A stretch of 64,000 nt of DNA from Takakia lepidozioides (taxonomy: Eukaryota; Plantae; Bryophyta), in assembly GCA_030704615.1 (NCBI GenBank), contig CM060732.1, positions 57,660,001 to 57,724,000 of the forward strand, given 5' to 3'. A model generated the notes under the pieces. It was not told the DNA's origin. It saw nothing but the letters and a program-made list of their open reading frames with translations, and did no database searches. The translations under genes were made by a program, and so were the position numbers. Shown here one piece after another: positions 12,001 to 24,575 of the stretch. Numbering within the stretch: the first letter of the stretch is position 1; each line of letters starts with the position of its first letter.

Positions 12001-15000
12001 TCAATCCTCCTCCTTATCCTCGTCCTCATCCTCTGAGTCTGCTTGGCCAAAGTTTACGAGGATGACCATATACAGTAATAACACAATGGAATTAGACTAT
12101 GAGCCATGACTGGACTCTGGACATCCAAGACCATAACACAAACATATAAAATACATACCCGAGGTAGGGGGCTGCTCACTTGGTCCATCCCTCCTGTCGA
12201 GCAATACATACAATCACCTATCTATTACATTGACAGACAGAGAGACAGAGAATAGTCTACTATATTTGCTCCAAGGGTCAGAGGGACACACAGAGCAAAA
12301 CAATAGAACCACAGAGAGAAGACAGCATACCAGAGCGTACGTCATCTGAGATCTTGCCTCGGGCTTCAACTTGCCTCACAATCATGCGGTAGATAAGAAT
12401 CCACCAGTAGACATTCAGAACGAGCAAGCTGATTAACAGTGTGTTGAAGATGTAGTACAACCATGGCCCCTGCGGGTAGCTCTTCTTGTCCAGCACTTGC
12501 AGCACCTCATAACTGCCTCATCATACATATTGTGTCAATAAACCTCACAGTGTTACATAATAATGGTAGTCCCAATCCAACTTTATGCCGTAATTGAATT
12601 GCCCCACAGCTATATTCACTCATCTCTAAAATCCAAGAAAAAATTGCAGAATCCAACCATTTACTCTGCAGAATGCACTCTTGAGACAAGATAATTCTGT
12701 TGACTTCTGTTGCAAGGATTTAGGGCAGGCTGTAGTACCCTCTGCAATATGAACGCACAAAGGTTTGTACATTATTTATGACTGAACAGGGAGAGCTCAG
12801 CAGGTGCAAACCACTGAGCAAAGCACAGGTAGGTACCTGGTGCTCCAAATAACATAACATGGGAAGTAGATGAGGCGCAAGACAAGCCAACAAATGGCAA
12901 AGATCACAAAGGCAATACTTGGGACAATCTCGAAGCCACTATAATAAGTGAGCTTCCCTATCTCCATAAACACATCAGTGCCGTCATGTATTGCTAGCAC
13001 CACCGAACCAACACGAGCAAACCTGTCCCACCGCAACATAAGATCCATACTGTAAGCCTCCAAACTTCTAAGAGTCAGCTTTCACATCTTTGGGTGGTTC
13101 AAAAGTGAAGTCAGAGTTTAAGGTTCAAGATTTTCATAAACAGAACCACAGAAGAGCTTGCAGACATGCAAAAAAGAGGCAGACAGGGCAACCCAATGTT
13201 CTCTTGGAAAGGAAAGGAGGTGAGGACTTACTTCTGTTTCCCTTAGCATCTGGCCAGTGACTACGACTAAAACAGGGGTGCACCTGGTCTTACAGGAGAG
13301 TGCCAGAAGAGAAGGAACCTGGCATAGTAAGAGAAGATGATGAGGAAAGCCGTGGTGACATGATGTGACATACTGACACCAAAGTCTGAACGCCGTGTCT
13401 CCCAAAATATCAGTGCAAAGATGCTGTATGTGTAAAATCCCCCAGCGAAACAATAGAGCACCTTCAACTTGAGCCTGTTCAACCAGTAGCAGTTACACAA
13501 CAGGAATTGAAGTAGTGAAAACTAAATGGTAGAACCCTTAAACATGAAAGCTGAGAATAATTCCCATACTTCGCACAAGGGCAGAATGCTTCATTCACAA
13601 TGGCTGCATCATAGTCTGGTATGCTTATATCGCAGTGTGTCTTGCTCTGTTACAATAGCATATATCATGAAAAAAGAGCCAGTCAATCTTATACACATAT
13701 ACCAGGTAGAGCCGTAGCCGTCTAGCTGCCAGTCTGGACACAACAGATCACATGTATGCTGTTGAGGAAGAAGAGAGACAAAGAGGCAGGGGTCACGGGC
13801 CTGCACCTTACTTTGCCTTTTGATCGGGCCAGCGCTGCTGATCAGGACCAATCCAGAACTGCTTGGTGTCTGTAAACCAGGGCTCATTGTAAGTAATTGC
13901 CACTGCAAATATCTCAGCCGTTAAATAATACACACCCTTCCATGCGGATTCCTTGTATTTGGCTAGCCTTTTTTGCCTGGCATCTTGTGATAGGCCCTTC
14001 TTGAGAGGCCCCGCTTTCCAATATATGAACCTTCTTCCCAATTTCTGCACACCAGCCGCTTTAAATTTTCAAGCGAAATCTGGAAGAGTAAATGTAAGTC
14101 ATTACTAGCTTCATTGATCGATGGGTATCCTTAAACCAGTGTGAGGTTGCAGTCATTTGAATGCTGCCAGTACCCGTGGCCACTACTTCCTCCAGAAAAA
14201 CTCAATTCAGTAGTCTGGGCCTAGGTTTGATCCAGTCTGGAGTCTCACACTTAATTATCAACCAGACTTAATTATCAGTCTCGGTAGCTTGATGAGTGTC
14301 CACGGTTGTTTTCCTTACTGCTGGGATGGCAGACAGTACTTGAAGTTACCTGGTTCTATAAGAGGGAAAACTGAACAACTCACACACATGTACAATGCAG
14401 TCACTCGCCACCCCCTTCTTTGAGTGGCCGATGAATGTCAGTGATGATACGGAAGAATCTAGACTTGGACAATCCTTCTGCACGTCTGTGTGTAGGCAAC
14501 ATTTGAACTAACACTGTGTAGGCTTTTATATGTATACTCAGACCACAAGCTTCAGCTTTCTGCAAAGAGAAAGGCTGAAGTACAGCAGGCTCTCAAGGCT
14601 TCAACTGTATATCCCCCTTACACATACTAGGTTATCGCATGGCGGATAATGCAACAAAACTCGACATCAGAATTCCAGCAGGGAAATACACACCGGATTG
14701 GATTCGTCCTAATACTTTCGAGGATGTATTACAACACGCCACTTCCCAGAGATAGCCACAATAAAACACAGACGACCTTAAGTTCCAAGTAAGTATTCAA
14801 TCTCTAAAAGAGACAAGCATGTAGGCACAAACCTCGAAAACAAAGTAGTCGAGAATGAAACGCACGGACGGGAAAATGAGAGCAAACACGGGCACTAGAG
14901 CCAGGTCTCGAATCTCCGGGTAGCTCTCCCTCTCCCAGTCAGGCCAGTGCCACCAGTTCTCCAGTGTTCCATGCATCCAATCCAACATGGCTTGCTTAGT

Positions 15001-15006
15001 CGCCAT
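12001..15006 (-). CDS. LAG1: Ceramide synthase (LAG1/ASC1/LOH family, TLC domain), 6 exons: 15006-14833, 14044-13812, 13474-13319, 13022-12837, 12512-12331, 12038-12001
   Basis: Lag1p motif [57 protein letters not shown], and the acidic tail [17 protein letters not shown]. All five introns are GT-AG with compatible phases. Confidence 0.95.
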
Positions 15007-15729
15007 AACCTGTTCAAAACCACAAGTCTAGCTCCAAGTAATCCGAAGAAGATGCTCGCTTGAATTGGATGTTCAAAGTCTGCACGCGGAAGCCGATCGA
15101 CGCCAAAGGAACATGAAACGTCAAAAATCTCTCTCGGCTCAAAACCTCACAAACGGATTCAAACCTCAGCTAGTGTGAATTCGCATACTACAGCCAGAGA
15201 AGGCTGGGCTACAACATTGACTTTCGATCCTTAACATGAGGGATCAAAACGCTCGGCCTACTCTCCTCCGCGAACCTCAAACATTTATTCAGCAAAGGAA
15301 AATACAAATGTGCAGAAATCCTTAATCTTGTCTTCCACCCCTAATCAAGGTCAAGGGCCTGACAATTCTTACACCGTCACTTACACAAAGCGTACTAAAT
15401 ACGTTCGGAGCACGAGAGAGACGAAGGCCTGCCCCCTGGCGAAGCTAGCACTATATCCTTACCGCACCATCCACCTTCTTTCCGGTATCTTTCTCTTACT
15501 ATCCGTTTCAGGCCGTTGGATGATCCATTCTCTTCTCGTCAACCGCAGGATGAGATTGGATGCTTCGGAGATCCGCATACCTACACGACTCGTTTACAGT
15601 TGTTTCTTCCACCATCTTTATCTCTTCCTTTCGTGCACCTTCTAACTTGAAAAGCCAGAATTTTTGCGTGGTTAGAGCGTGTTTCCATCCATCTGACCGG
15701 ATGAAAATGGGAATTATATAAGGGGTTAA

Positions 15730-16950
15730 CCTTTAAGTGGTATATCGACCATTTTGGGTCGGTCAGGTTTACTAAACTGGCCATTACTCCCTCTGGTTAA
15801 GCCTGATTAGCCTCACAAGGGCTCATTTGAAAGATAAAAACTTTTTCCTTCAAATGGCATTGGCCAATTGGCCAATGCCTCAAAGGGTTTCCAGGTGGAG
15901 CCCGCCAAGTGCGGCACAGGCAGCTTTTTGGAGGGGATTTGGCCCCCCTAACCTGCCCAGGTTGCAGACGTGGCAACCACGGTCAGGTTAGGGTGAACAT
16001 AGGAAGCTGGGGGCGGCACATTTCCCCAAAACCCTTGAATGCTGGGCGGGTGAAATGATGGTCCTACAGGTCTGGGCATTCCCAGGCCTGGGCCCTAGCC
16101 TGAATCGACGGCGATGGCAGCTCTGGCCAACACCATGCAGGCCGGGCTGGAGGAAGTGCAGCCGTGATGGCGGCAGAGCTCGCGGCTCGAGAAAACTCCC
16201 ACATGGGGTGGGTCAAACCTAGGGCAGGGGTTTGATAGGGTTGAGGGTGGAGTGGGCCCCCATGAAAGCGGGGCCGGGTAGCCAGAGGAACTCCCAAACC
16301 CCGTGGCCTTCTGGGCTATGGCTCCAAATATCCTAGGCCTGCAGGCTATAACCTAGGTGTGCCATTTGAAGTCTTGGGCAGGGAACCAAAAGATGCGATG
16401 ACGTTAACTGATTGGATCCAAAAAAATTTGGGGACCTCATATGGATGCTCATGACACTTCAACCGGAGGGATTAGGAATTGAAGGGCTGAATTTGGTTGT
16501 ATAATTATAGGAAGAGAGATTTTGGCCTGCCCAAAGAAAATGGCATATTTTGACCCCCCAATTTGTCACTACAAAGGAGCCCACTTGAGGAAATTTCAGA
16601 AAAAACCGAAAATTTCTGAGGATGTGTGTTATCAGGTATGATACAACATTCTTGAGACTCTCAAAAAAAGAGAAACTAAAACTGCCCAAATACGAGCAAA
16701 ACACTGTTTTTTTTTTGCACCTATTTCTTAGCGAAGAGTTTTTTTTGTCTCCACTCTACACTTTATTATCTTCAGATCTGGCGGTTGGAATTTGATGAAA
16801 CTTTTTGTGGCAGGAGGTGGGGTAAGTGGGAAGTAATTCCAACGGTCAGTTTTACAGGGACACAGGGATTCTCCAGATAAAAATGTTTTTGTGGGCCAGG
16901 GTCATGTTTTTCCACGAGAGGGTGAATATGAGTCTGGGCACACTTAAGGG
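15730..16950. mobile_element. Non-autonomous TTAA-flanked element with piggyBac-like termini
   Basis: TTAA|CCTTTAAGTG ... CACTTAAGGG|TTAA: a 10-bp inverted terminus with 1 mismatch and TTAA on both sides. No coding capacity. Confidence 0.5.
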
Positions 16951-17559
16951 TTAACCTTTGCTACTGAAACGTCTGATGTTGCTTGACGGGCTGTGGAGGT
17001 CATGGGGGTCTTGCTGGTATTGCGTGTGTGCGTTTTGATGGGTGGTTTTCACAGTTTTGGGGAGGGGGGGGTCAGTGCAGCACTCATGGTTGTGGTTGTG
17101 GTTTTGGGGGTGATGCTTAGAATGATGAAAGTCTTTGTGGACGCAGTAGGAATCATTCAAGGAACAATTCCATTAGAGCAATTGTGATTCCAATGAAATT
17201 TGGACCCCCTAAGGCTGAATTATAGGTCACTCGAGCTTTATGGTGTTTTTTGACCCCCCTGTTTTTCGATACGAAGCAACCTTATCAAGATTGTGGAATT
17301 ATGCTTTGAAATTTTCGGGCAACATGCTTTAGGTGCCTCATAATTGGAATGTGGGTGGGGTCTAGCAAAAAAAAATCATTTTGGTGCCAAAATTTCCTGG
17401 TCAAACCATTTTTTCAATCTGAAATTGGAGTATGTTACACATTTTGGGCTTGGAACTTTGTTATAATCTTCCTAATGACAGAGTGAAATGAGCTGCAATT
17501 TTACAGCAGGTGGATGAAGTAGGTAGCCTACCTTTCATCCCTGTGGATGTTTGTTTGTT

Positions 17560-18050
17560 GAGAAATATACCGGTGTTGGTATGTATCAGGTTTAGGACAT
17601 ACAAGACTGGTCCTGGTACCAGACCCATCACAAAACTTTCATACCAGTCTGTTCTATATACTGGTGGATGTACTTTTTCTCCAGATACTGGTATAAGTAT
17701 GAGTATCATGACCACAATACCAGCTGGTATGAGGTATCAATTCTAGTATCATTTCAAAGCCATCTTCCATCACAAGTTTATCAAATATCAAGTGAAAAGT
17801 TAAAATACATATAATAAACATAAAGAAGTAAATATAAATAAGTACATGTATGTACACATAAATTAATATTGTATACCAGAGTAAATGAGGAAGACGACGG
17901 GGGAGTACTGGTATTGTGGCTAGTATGAGAAAACGGATGCCAGCCTGGTATGGTATATGACCTGGTATTTTCCCAAATAACACCAGACTGGTCTGGTATC
18001 TAATACCAGTGCATATACCAGTCCTTTACCTATATATCAGACCGACACTA
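17560..18050. repeat. Region dense in ATACCAG/CTGGTAT motifs in both orientations (MITE-like subterminal repeats)
   Basis: More than ten ATACCAG or CTGGTAT-like copies around an AT-rich core. Confidence 0.5.
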
Positions 18051-18124
18051 TACCCTCATCCTTGAGGGTCTGTCCTGTTTTGGAGTGGGCCCACCTAAAA
18101 CAGCCTCGTCCATCAACAAGACGT

Positions 18125-18335
18125 TTCCTTCGTTTTGTTTTGTTTTGTCACGTTGAGATGTCCCAAACCGGGAGGCCCCAGCTATGGTGCTTGGTCTCAT
18201 CGGAAAGCCCTCGATTGAGGAGGGGTGCACGAGCTTGGTAATTTTTGGACTTGCGGTGTGGGAGATGTGAAATTTCAAGTACTTTTGGTCGCTGGAAATT
18301 CACGGAAAATAGCAAAGTGGGCTTTCCTAGGACAA
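18125..18335 (+). repeat. Dispersed non-coding repeat, also present twice in tandem at about 43860-44380
   Basis: The string GAGAT(G/C)TCCC(A/G)AAC...GAAAGCCCTC(G/A)AT(T)GAG...GG(G/A)TGCA...AATTTTTGGAC occurs at all three sites. Confidence 0.7.
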
Positions 18336-19884
18336 TGATTGGAGCCTCAACAATAGAGATATCTAGGAAAAGGTCTCCGGTTCAAATTTGGTCGTAGGTT
18401 CCGTGGAAAAAAAATAAAATGAGTAGACTTAGATGACTTAGATGACATTGGAGACTTGGGCCAACGACAGAGGCTTTCCTGGAACCTGGACGAGCCTTCC
18501 ATGTAAGAGGAGCCCGGCCCGCAAAAAGAGGAGTTTGTCAAGCGCTTGGAGGAAATAGCCGGGTTCTGGACCACGTTTCCACATATATGTGGAGCTCGGC
18601 GAAGGGGTGCTCTTTTTGGACTTTAGCGTGAGGTGGTAGAGGACACTGCAGCTAAGCGTGACTAACGTGGGCAGGTAAGTACATGCTGCAATCAATTCGC
18701 AAAGCTCGTCTACCGAGCTTCCATCCCATTTTATCGGGTTGCGTTACAAACCCGGGAACTCGACGACCGGGCCCTGCCGCCCCATACCTGGAAGTGAGAA
18801 GTGTACCCGGCCATTTTTTGTCCGTTTCCTCCCTTAAACGGTGGCCCGGGTACATGGAAGATTGCTCTTAGTGTCCATACCTAGCCCCATCCCCGTCGTC
18901 ACCGTTGTTGCAGCCCCAACGACACCCTAAGCTGGCTACGACACCCAAGTTTGCTGCAATGGGGGGTGGGAAGGGTCGCAATGCTAAAATAAAAATAGAA
19001 TGGAGAGGTTTGGGCATCGCTGCCTCAACAACTATTGTCGCCGCAACAGCTAGCGTCGCAGCGCCGGGCGCTCGGCCAGCTACTGTCCCCCCAAGTAGCT
19101 GGTGATATTTGCGCTGGACGCCTTGGCTACTGCTCCTCCAGCAGCTGGTGTCGCAGTGTCGGGTGCCCCAACGACGCTTTTGTGAAGCCGGGGGTCGCAA
19201 TGCCCAAACCAAAAAAAAAAAAAAAAAAACGTTGCGACCCTCCAGCGTCGCATTGTTCGACGGCGGGGCATCGCTGGGGACGCCTGAGGCTAGGGCTTCC
19301 GCAACTACGACCCCACGCGCTGGGCTGCAACGCCCTGCGTTGCAAGAGGAGGTGCAACTTGGCCATCGCTCGCGCACGCCCGCGCCCGCCAAAGGCGGGG
19401 CGTTACCCCCCCCCCCCCCCCCCCTTTTGCAGTACTGAAAGAAATGGGATGATTTCTTTTCCTTTCATAGTTTTTTTTGAGGATCCAAAGAAATGGGACT
19501 AGTGAAGAAAAAGATCTTGGAAGTAAAAGAGGGCAGCAGAGCTGTGAGCAGAACCTCTGAGTAGATTCCTGGTGCGTGAGCAGATTCCCCGAAGCTTGAG
19601 CAGATTTCTGATGCGGACCCCAAAACCGTAGGAACGAGTGGGCCTATTGCCGTGGACGCCTAAAGCGAAGGGCGTAGCATTCCATATAGCATACTTACAA
19701 TCCGCGTAATTACTACGTAATTTCGTGATGCGAAAGCATAGCCAGTTGAGTGGACCGAAGGATCTACAAATCCAATTTGGTCTATGGGTAGTAAATCTCA
19801 GTATGATGATGATTCGGTTAGTGATACGCATAGGTTTTATATTGGAAGTTTGGTAGGTTCAAAACCTACTTCTGTGTAAATCCT

Positions 19885-20040
19885 ACTCAAAAAAAAGAGT
19901 TTGATCCTGGCTCAGAATGAACGCTAGCGATATGCTTAACACATGCAAGTCGGACGTTGTTTTCGAGTCGAAATGAAAACGAAGTGGCGAACGGGTGCGT
20001 AACACGTAAGAATCTGCCAAACAGTTTGGGCCAAATCCTT
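19885..20040 (+). rRNA. rrn18: 5' fragment of plant mitochondrial small-subunit rRNA (nuclear mitochondrial insertion, non-functional)
   Basis: AGAGTTTGATCCTGGCTCAGAATGAACGCTAGCGATATGCTTAACACATGCAAGTCG...GTGGCGAACGGGTGCGTAAC. The GCTAGCGATATGCTTAAC variant resembles plant mitochondrial SSU rRNA. The match ends after about 150 bp. Confidence 0.85.
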
Positions 20041-20269
20041 CACTGCAACGACACAATCTCCGCTCCATCAGACCAAAGACAGACAGGCTCCATGACGACA
20101 AAGTGGCACGAATGCACGATGAAACATTCACAGATGAATGGATTTGGGATGGATGTAAAAGTGAAATGGATGAACGTTGGATGAAGCACGGATGAAAAGT
20201 TGTCCAGATGAGGGGACTATGGACGACTATATGAGCATGTCTCGTGAGGGATCAGCAAGCGCAGGGACC

Positions 20270-21400
20270 AGGCATTAAGGTGTCGTCAACGACATCTTAA
20301 ATCGCATGCTCAGCATGAGAAATGAACCCATGAAAATCGTTGCAAGAAAAAAAAAATCTTGCCTGGAAAAAACCATAGGGGGGAGTTGTAATCCTGCTCA
20401 AGGAAGCACGAATTAAGATGTCGTCAATGACATCTTAATCCCCTGCCCTGTTTGGACATGGGAATTTCACCAAATAGGATAAAACACTATATATATATAT
20501 AAGCCCAAAAATGGAGAAAGGTTTGGGTTTACTTGAACAAAGTGGATCCATGAAGAGTGACTGGTCTCATTTGCAATAGTGGATCTATTAAAAAACATTG
20601 GTGAACTCGCAATAGTAGCGCATATAAAAAAATCCTGCCTGGAGAAAACCATAGGGGGGAGCTGTAATCCTGCTCAGGGAAGCACGATTTAAGATGTCGT
20701 CAACGACATCTTAATCCCCTACCCTGTTTCGACCTGGGAATTTCACCAAACACGATAAAAGACAAAAATAAATGAAAAATAAATAAATAAATAAAAGCCC
20801 AAAAATGGAGAAAGGTTTGGGTTTACTTGAGCAAAGTGGATCCATGAAGAGTGACTGGTCTCATTTTCCAATAGTGGATCAATTAAAAAAACATTGGTGA
20901 ACTCGCGATAGTGGAGCATATCAAAGTAATTCAGCAAAGTGGAGTCATTGACACATATAGAACTCCGAGAAAACACATCAGATGTCAACTATCCTATCTC
21001 TCTGCAAAAGTGTCTGAACGTCACTGGGACCCATTGTACATTGGTGAATGCATGTGTCTCGTTGAGGATCACAAAACATCTTGTGAATGTAGATGTAGTA
21101 AAGATGTTTGCATGGGACAAATTTACCTCTCTTTCCAATGGACCTGTTTATCATGTTGTCGAAGTCCGGGCATGTGCAAATAGGAGAATTCCCAGTAGTA
21201 ATCTCATGAGTCATGTCATGAAGAACCGATCCCGAAGTCACCATACTGTACACCCGCCCATAGCCTGGAGGGGGGACATTCACAATTTGGGTAACCCGGC
21301 ACTGCAGGGTTCTCGCAGACTCAATTTTGTACTGGTTACACTAGAAGCATTCGTGTCATTTACCACTGGGGTAACAACTCATTTTGAGTCGTAAAAGTCA
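20270..21400 (-). mobile_element. Relic D: MULE transposase C-terminal SWIM fragment with adjacent palindromic repeats
   Basis: ORF 20978-21283 has PICTCPDF...FVPCKHLYYIY, homologous to the element A SWIM (PACNCEDF...YVPCKHLYYIF). Three copies of a TTAAGATGTCGT-CA-ACGACATCTTAA palindrome (exact at 20689, one mismatch at 20275 and 20413). Confidence 0.75.
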
Positions 21401-22089
21401 AAAAATTGGGATCGACTGGAAGTTACAAACGACTAGTTACAACAGATGTGGTAGTTGGGTTGGACATCCAATGATTGGAGTGGTAAAAGACGCAGACGCG
21501 CGAACAACTGCTCAGCGATTAATGCGATTAATGTTGAAGAACCACGTGGCGTAACCAGGCGGGCCGCCCGTGTGTCTGACCTTTTGGGCTGACTTTGACT
21601 TTTCCCTCCGGATGAGTGGACCGACTCACCGAAGCGCGGTGACACATGGACGCGGACGTGGACGACGATGTGGACGCCGACGTGGCGGCGCCACGACGAG
21701 CAGCACTACTGCCACGTGGCCACAGGCCCGGGGCGCCACGTGGTAGTAGACCACATAACTTGCAGTGCTACATGCCCAGTGGCAATTGCGACTGCGGAAG
21801 TTGGCGCAACCACTGCTTTACTACTTTACATGAAGTGCTCGAAATTACTTGAACAATCATTCATAGTGATTCATGTTTTGAAGTTTTGGTGTTTGTAGTG
21901 AGTCGACTAATAATGCCATACAAGAGAATTAATCATGCATTAGAAATGCACAAACGATGAAAGACATGCCATGAAACAAAATGAAATGAAAATGAATGAA
22001 ATGAAACAAAATGGTACTTTATTACATCTGCGGAAAGCTCAAAGAGCTTATGGGACAAAATGAAAAACACAAAGTAAAAAAACAGCCCA

Positions 22090-23480
22090 AAAGCTACTGC
22101 TGCTCTGGGGATTGCCTAAGGGTCAAGGCCTCGTGCAAGTAAGCTGCCAAGCAGTTTTGATCCTCATAATGCAAGACTTCAGTGAGTTCCACGAATAGAC
22201 CATCTACCCATAGAGGTTTCTTGTAGTTATTGATCCACAGGGAATCATAGGTAATCTTGTGCTTGAAATTTGGCCCTCTAGGATGAATCTGGACCACACT
22301 CTATCCCTGCTCCTTCAGCTATCCATGCCCCTGCACAAATCATGCATTCATCATTGCCTTGCTGCTAGTAGCTGACAATGACAACCTACATTTGTTCTAG
22401 GAAACACCCAACTCAGCTTATCACACTAGTTCATATGCTCAATTGCGTCTGCTACTCTCTGAAATGTAGTAGACATTCACCTTTTTGCCTCGGTTGTCCC
22501 ATCATTGACTGGGGGCAGAAAAGTATTCATTCCACAGCTTCTCCTCATGTCTGTTACTTGTTTTTTGATACTTTCCTGTTGTCACATAGCAGTATCATGT
22601 CAAAGTCACTCCAAACTAGATTCACTCAACCAGCTAACTTGCAGAATTCAACATGGAAATTTTGGGCCGATTCTGATAAGAGGGAAAAACAGGGTGAAAT
22701 GTGCTGAAGAAGATGCCTTCATTAACAATGTCTGATTTTATCAATTGTGCTGTTGCTGCCAGTTGACCATCTACCCATGCAAGTTTCTTGTAGCTTCATA
22801 GTCAATCTGGAGCTTGAAGTCCGGCCCTCTTGGGTGAATCTGACCCACACTCTATCCTTGCTCCTTCAGCTATCCATGCCTCGCACGAATCATGCATACA
22901 ACCTTGCCTTGTTGCTAGCAGTTGACGATGACAGCCTAGACTTGTTCTAGGAAGCACCCAACTCAACTTATCACACTAGTTCCTACGCTCAATTGCATCT
23001 GCTACTCTCTATAATCCAACAAACATTCACCTTCTTGCCTCGATTGTCCCACCATTGACTGGGGTAAGAAAATTATTCATTCCACAACTTCTCCTCGTCT
23101 GTGTTACCTGTTTTTGATACTTTCCTGTTGTCACATTGGTAGAATCATGTCAAAGTCACTCCAAACTATCAAAGCTTCACTCAACCAGCTAACTTGTAGA
23201 ATTCAGACATGAATAAATATGGGCGATTCTGATAAGAGGAGAAAACAAGGTGAAATTGAAGAAGGTGCCTTTATTAGCAGTCATTACACTCTATCAGTTG
23301 CTCAGCCATATTGTTGAACACTCCCTGTCCACAAGGGTATTGTTCAGAATGACATCTGCCACAATTCCAGCTTTGACGATACAACCATGGACCTCTTTGC
23401 CCTTCCCCAGCAGGCTCGCACATGCACTGCAAATGCAAACAAAACTGGTTGTGGCAAACTGGGAGCAATATATGTAAGAA
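22090..23480 (-). pseudogene. Degenerate PLS-class PPR fragment with an internal tandem duplication
   Basis: SFVCICSACASLLGKGKEVHGCIVKAGIVADVILNNTLVD matches the PLS-PPR L/S motif pattern. Roughly 22150-22740 is repeated at about 22760-23290. Confidence 0.7.
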
Positions 23481-23539
23481 GAAACCACTGATACAAATCT
23501 ACAGCTTGCAGGCTGTCTCTATTCTCAAAAGAATTTCAG

Positions 23540-24575
23540 CCCACGGATGAATTTCGGCGCCGAAATAGGGATGAACTTACCCATGAGCAAAACAGAATTT
23601 CCACCCATAAATAAATTTCGGCGCCGAAATAGGGATGCACGAACCCGTGAACAAAAATGAATTTAAACCCATGGATGAATTTTGACGCCGAAATAGGGAT
23701 GAAGATACGCGTGAGTAAAAGGTTATTTCAACCCACGGATGATTTTCGGCGCCGAAATATGGATGAACGTAACTGTGAGCAAAAAATTATTTTGACATAA
23801 GGATGAATTTCGGCGCCGAAATAGGGATGAATATACCCTATATCAAGAAGGAATTTAAACCCACGGATGAATTACGGCGCCGAAATAGGGATGAACGTAC
23901 CCGTGAGCAGATAGATGAATCACAATGTCGCCAAAGGGTTGAACAGACAAGAATGCGGACGACAAGGGGACAGAACCATTGGATTGCGGTGCCGTAATAT
24001 GGACGATCGGGCCCATTACGTCGAAAAAAAACCCATACACATACACACAACCTCCTTCATGGATGAATTTCGGTGCCGAAATAGGCCAATCCTGAGGAAC
24101 CGCCGCCGGGAGAAAAAAAAAAAAAAAAAAAAAAAAAAAAACGGTCATAGATGAATTTCGGCGCCGAAATAGGGATGAACATACCCGCGAGCAAAACATT
24201 ATCTCGACCCACGAATGAATTTCGGCGCCGAAATAGGGATGAACATACCCGCGAGCAAAACATTATCTCGACCCACGGATGAATTTCGGCGCCGAAATAG
24301 GGATGAACATACCCGCGAGCAAAACATTATCTCGACCCACGGATGAATTTCGGTGCTGAAATAGGGATGAACATACCCGCGAGCAAAACGTTATTTCGAC
24401 CTACGGATGAATTTCGGCGCCATAATAGGGATGAACGTACCCGTAATCAAAATGAATTTAAACCCATGGATGAATTTTGGCGCCAAAATAGGGATGAACA
24501 TACTCGTGAGCAGAAAGATATTTTGACCCACGGATAATTTTCGACGCCGAAATTCGGATGAACATACCCGTGAGC
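23540..24575. repeat. Relic C tandem array, 64-bp unit containing ATTTCGGCGCCGAAAT
   Basis: ATGAATTTCGGCGCCGAAATAGGGATGAACATACCCGCGAGCAAAAC... recurs at 24151, 24215, 24279 and 24343, with further copies over 23545-23900 and 24400-24570. Confidence 0.95.

Noticed and set aside
18400-19430. GC-rich segment with several 60-170 aa ORFs and GGGTCGCAATG/TGCGACCC repeats
   Set aside because: No recognisable domain or termini. It is probably a TE remnant but cannot be classified.
19885-20040. Bacterial 16S rRNA gene or contamination
   Set aside because: Only a short 5' fragment with plant-mitochondrial-like variants, embedded in nuclear repeats.
21884-21900. Reverse CACTACA motif as a CACTA terminus (also about 45778)
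   Set aside because: A 7-mer with no partner terminus or supporting subterminal structure.
23540-24575. Palindromic repeats with spacers resembling a CRISPR array (also 33060-34980 and 53090-54760)
   Set aside because: The spacers are themselves repeated or homologous, there are no cas genes, and the context is eukaryotic with spliceosomal introns.
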